Source: Mobula birostris (taxonomy: Eukaryota). Taken from it: 64,000 nucleotides of DNA. Below the pieces are notes generated by a model. That model made no database searches. It was not told where the DNA came from and worked only from the letters and a program-made list of their open reading frames with translations. The stretch covers positions 28,265,821 through 28,329,820 of the forward strand of contig NC_092379.1 in NCBI RefSeq assembly GCF_030028105.1, written 5' to 3'. Shown in pieces: positions 63,688-64,000 of the stretch. How positions within the stretch are numbered: the first letter of the stretch is position 1; every line of letters begins with the position of its first letter. Position numbers and translations under genes: made by a program.

Positions 63688-63724
63688 CCGTCGTCGTCGC
63701 TGCTGTTGTTGTTGTTGTTGTTGG
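63688..63724. repeat. Compound (CGT)(GCT)(GTT) triplet repeat
   Basis: Direct reading. Confidence 0.8.
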
Positions 63725-64000
63725 TTAATATGCAAGGAAAGTGGAAACTCATTAATTGCACTATTGCCTGAGAATCCAGTAGGAATGGATGAGTGAAATT
63801 TCCTTCCGGGTTCACTTATAATTTTTTTCCTTGTCTGCTCTTCCAAAATAAGAGTTACTCCGACTGGTGGCAAAGAGAACCCCGGCGAAATGCCTGTTTC
63901 CGTCTATCAATGTCTCTTCCTCTAAAGTCGACAAGAATTTAATTTACAGAATAATTCCAGACTTCCCTTGAAATGGTGCAGTTCTGTCTGTTCACTATAT

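Noticed and set aside
63679-63873. ORF ending in poly-Q/poly-R
   Set aside because: Arises from a triplet microsatellite; no other coding evidence

Overview
Vertebrate DNA, most likely a cartilaginous fish (inferred from the gene type; species not identifiable), from a T-cell receptor alpha/delta-type locus. The functional core is two same-strand NAR-TCR cassettes about 35.3 kb apart (A 15808-18494, B 51077-53790). Each has a leader exon, an IgNAR-like V exon with a 22-bp-spacer RSS, one D with 12/12 RSSs, one J with a 23-RSS and splice donor, and, about 1 kb later, a leaderless supporting TCR-delta V exon with its own 23-RSS. This is the doubly rearranging two-V-domain receptor known from sharks. 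Both cassettes look intact. They lie in a segmental duplication (about 1-18845 vs 36690-54135). The rest is mostly retroelement debris: CR1, Rex1/Babar, an I-group LINE, Penelope (three carrying hammerhead-ribozyme motifs), Gypsy, BEL/Pao, SINEs and microsatellites. No TCR-delta D/J or constant exon is visible. TE boundaries are approximate and family calls come from recalled protein motifs, not database searches.
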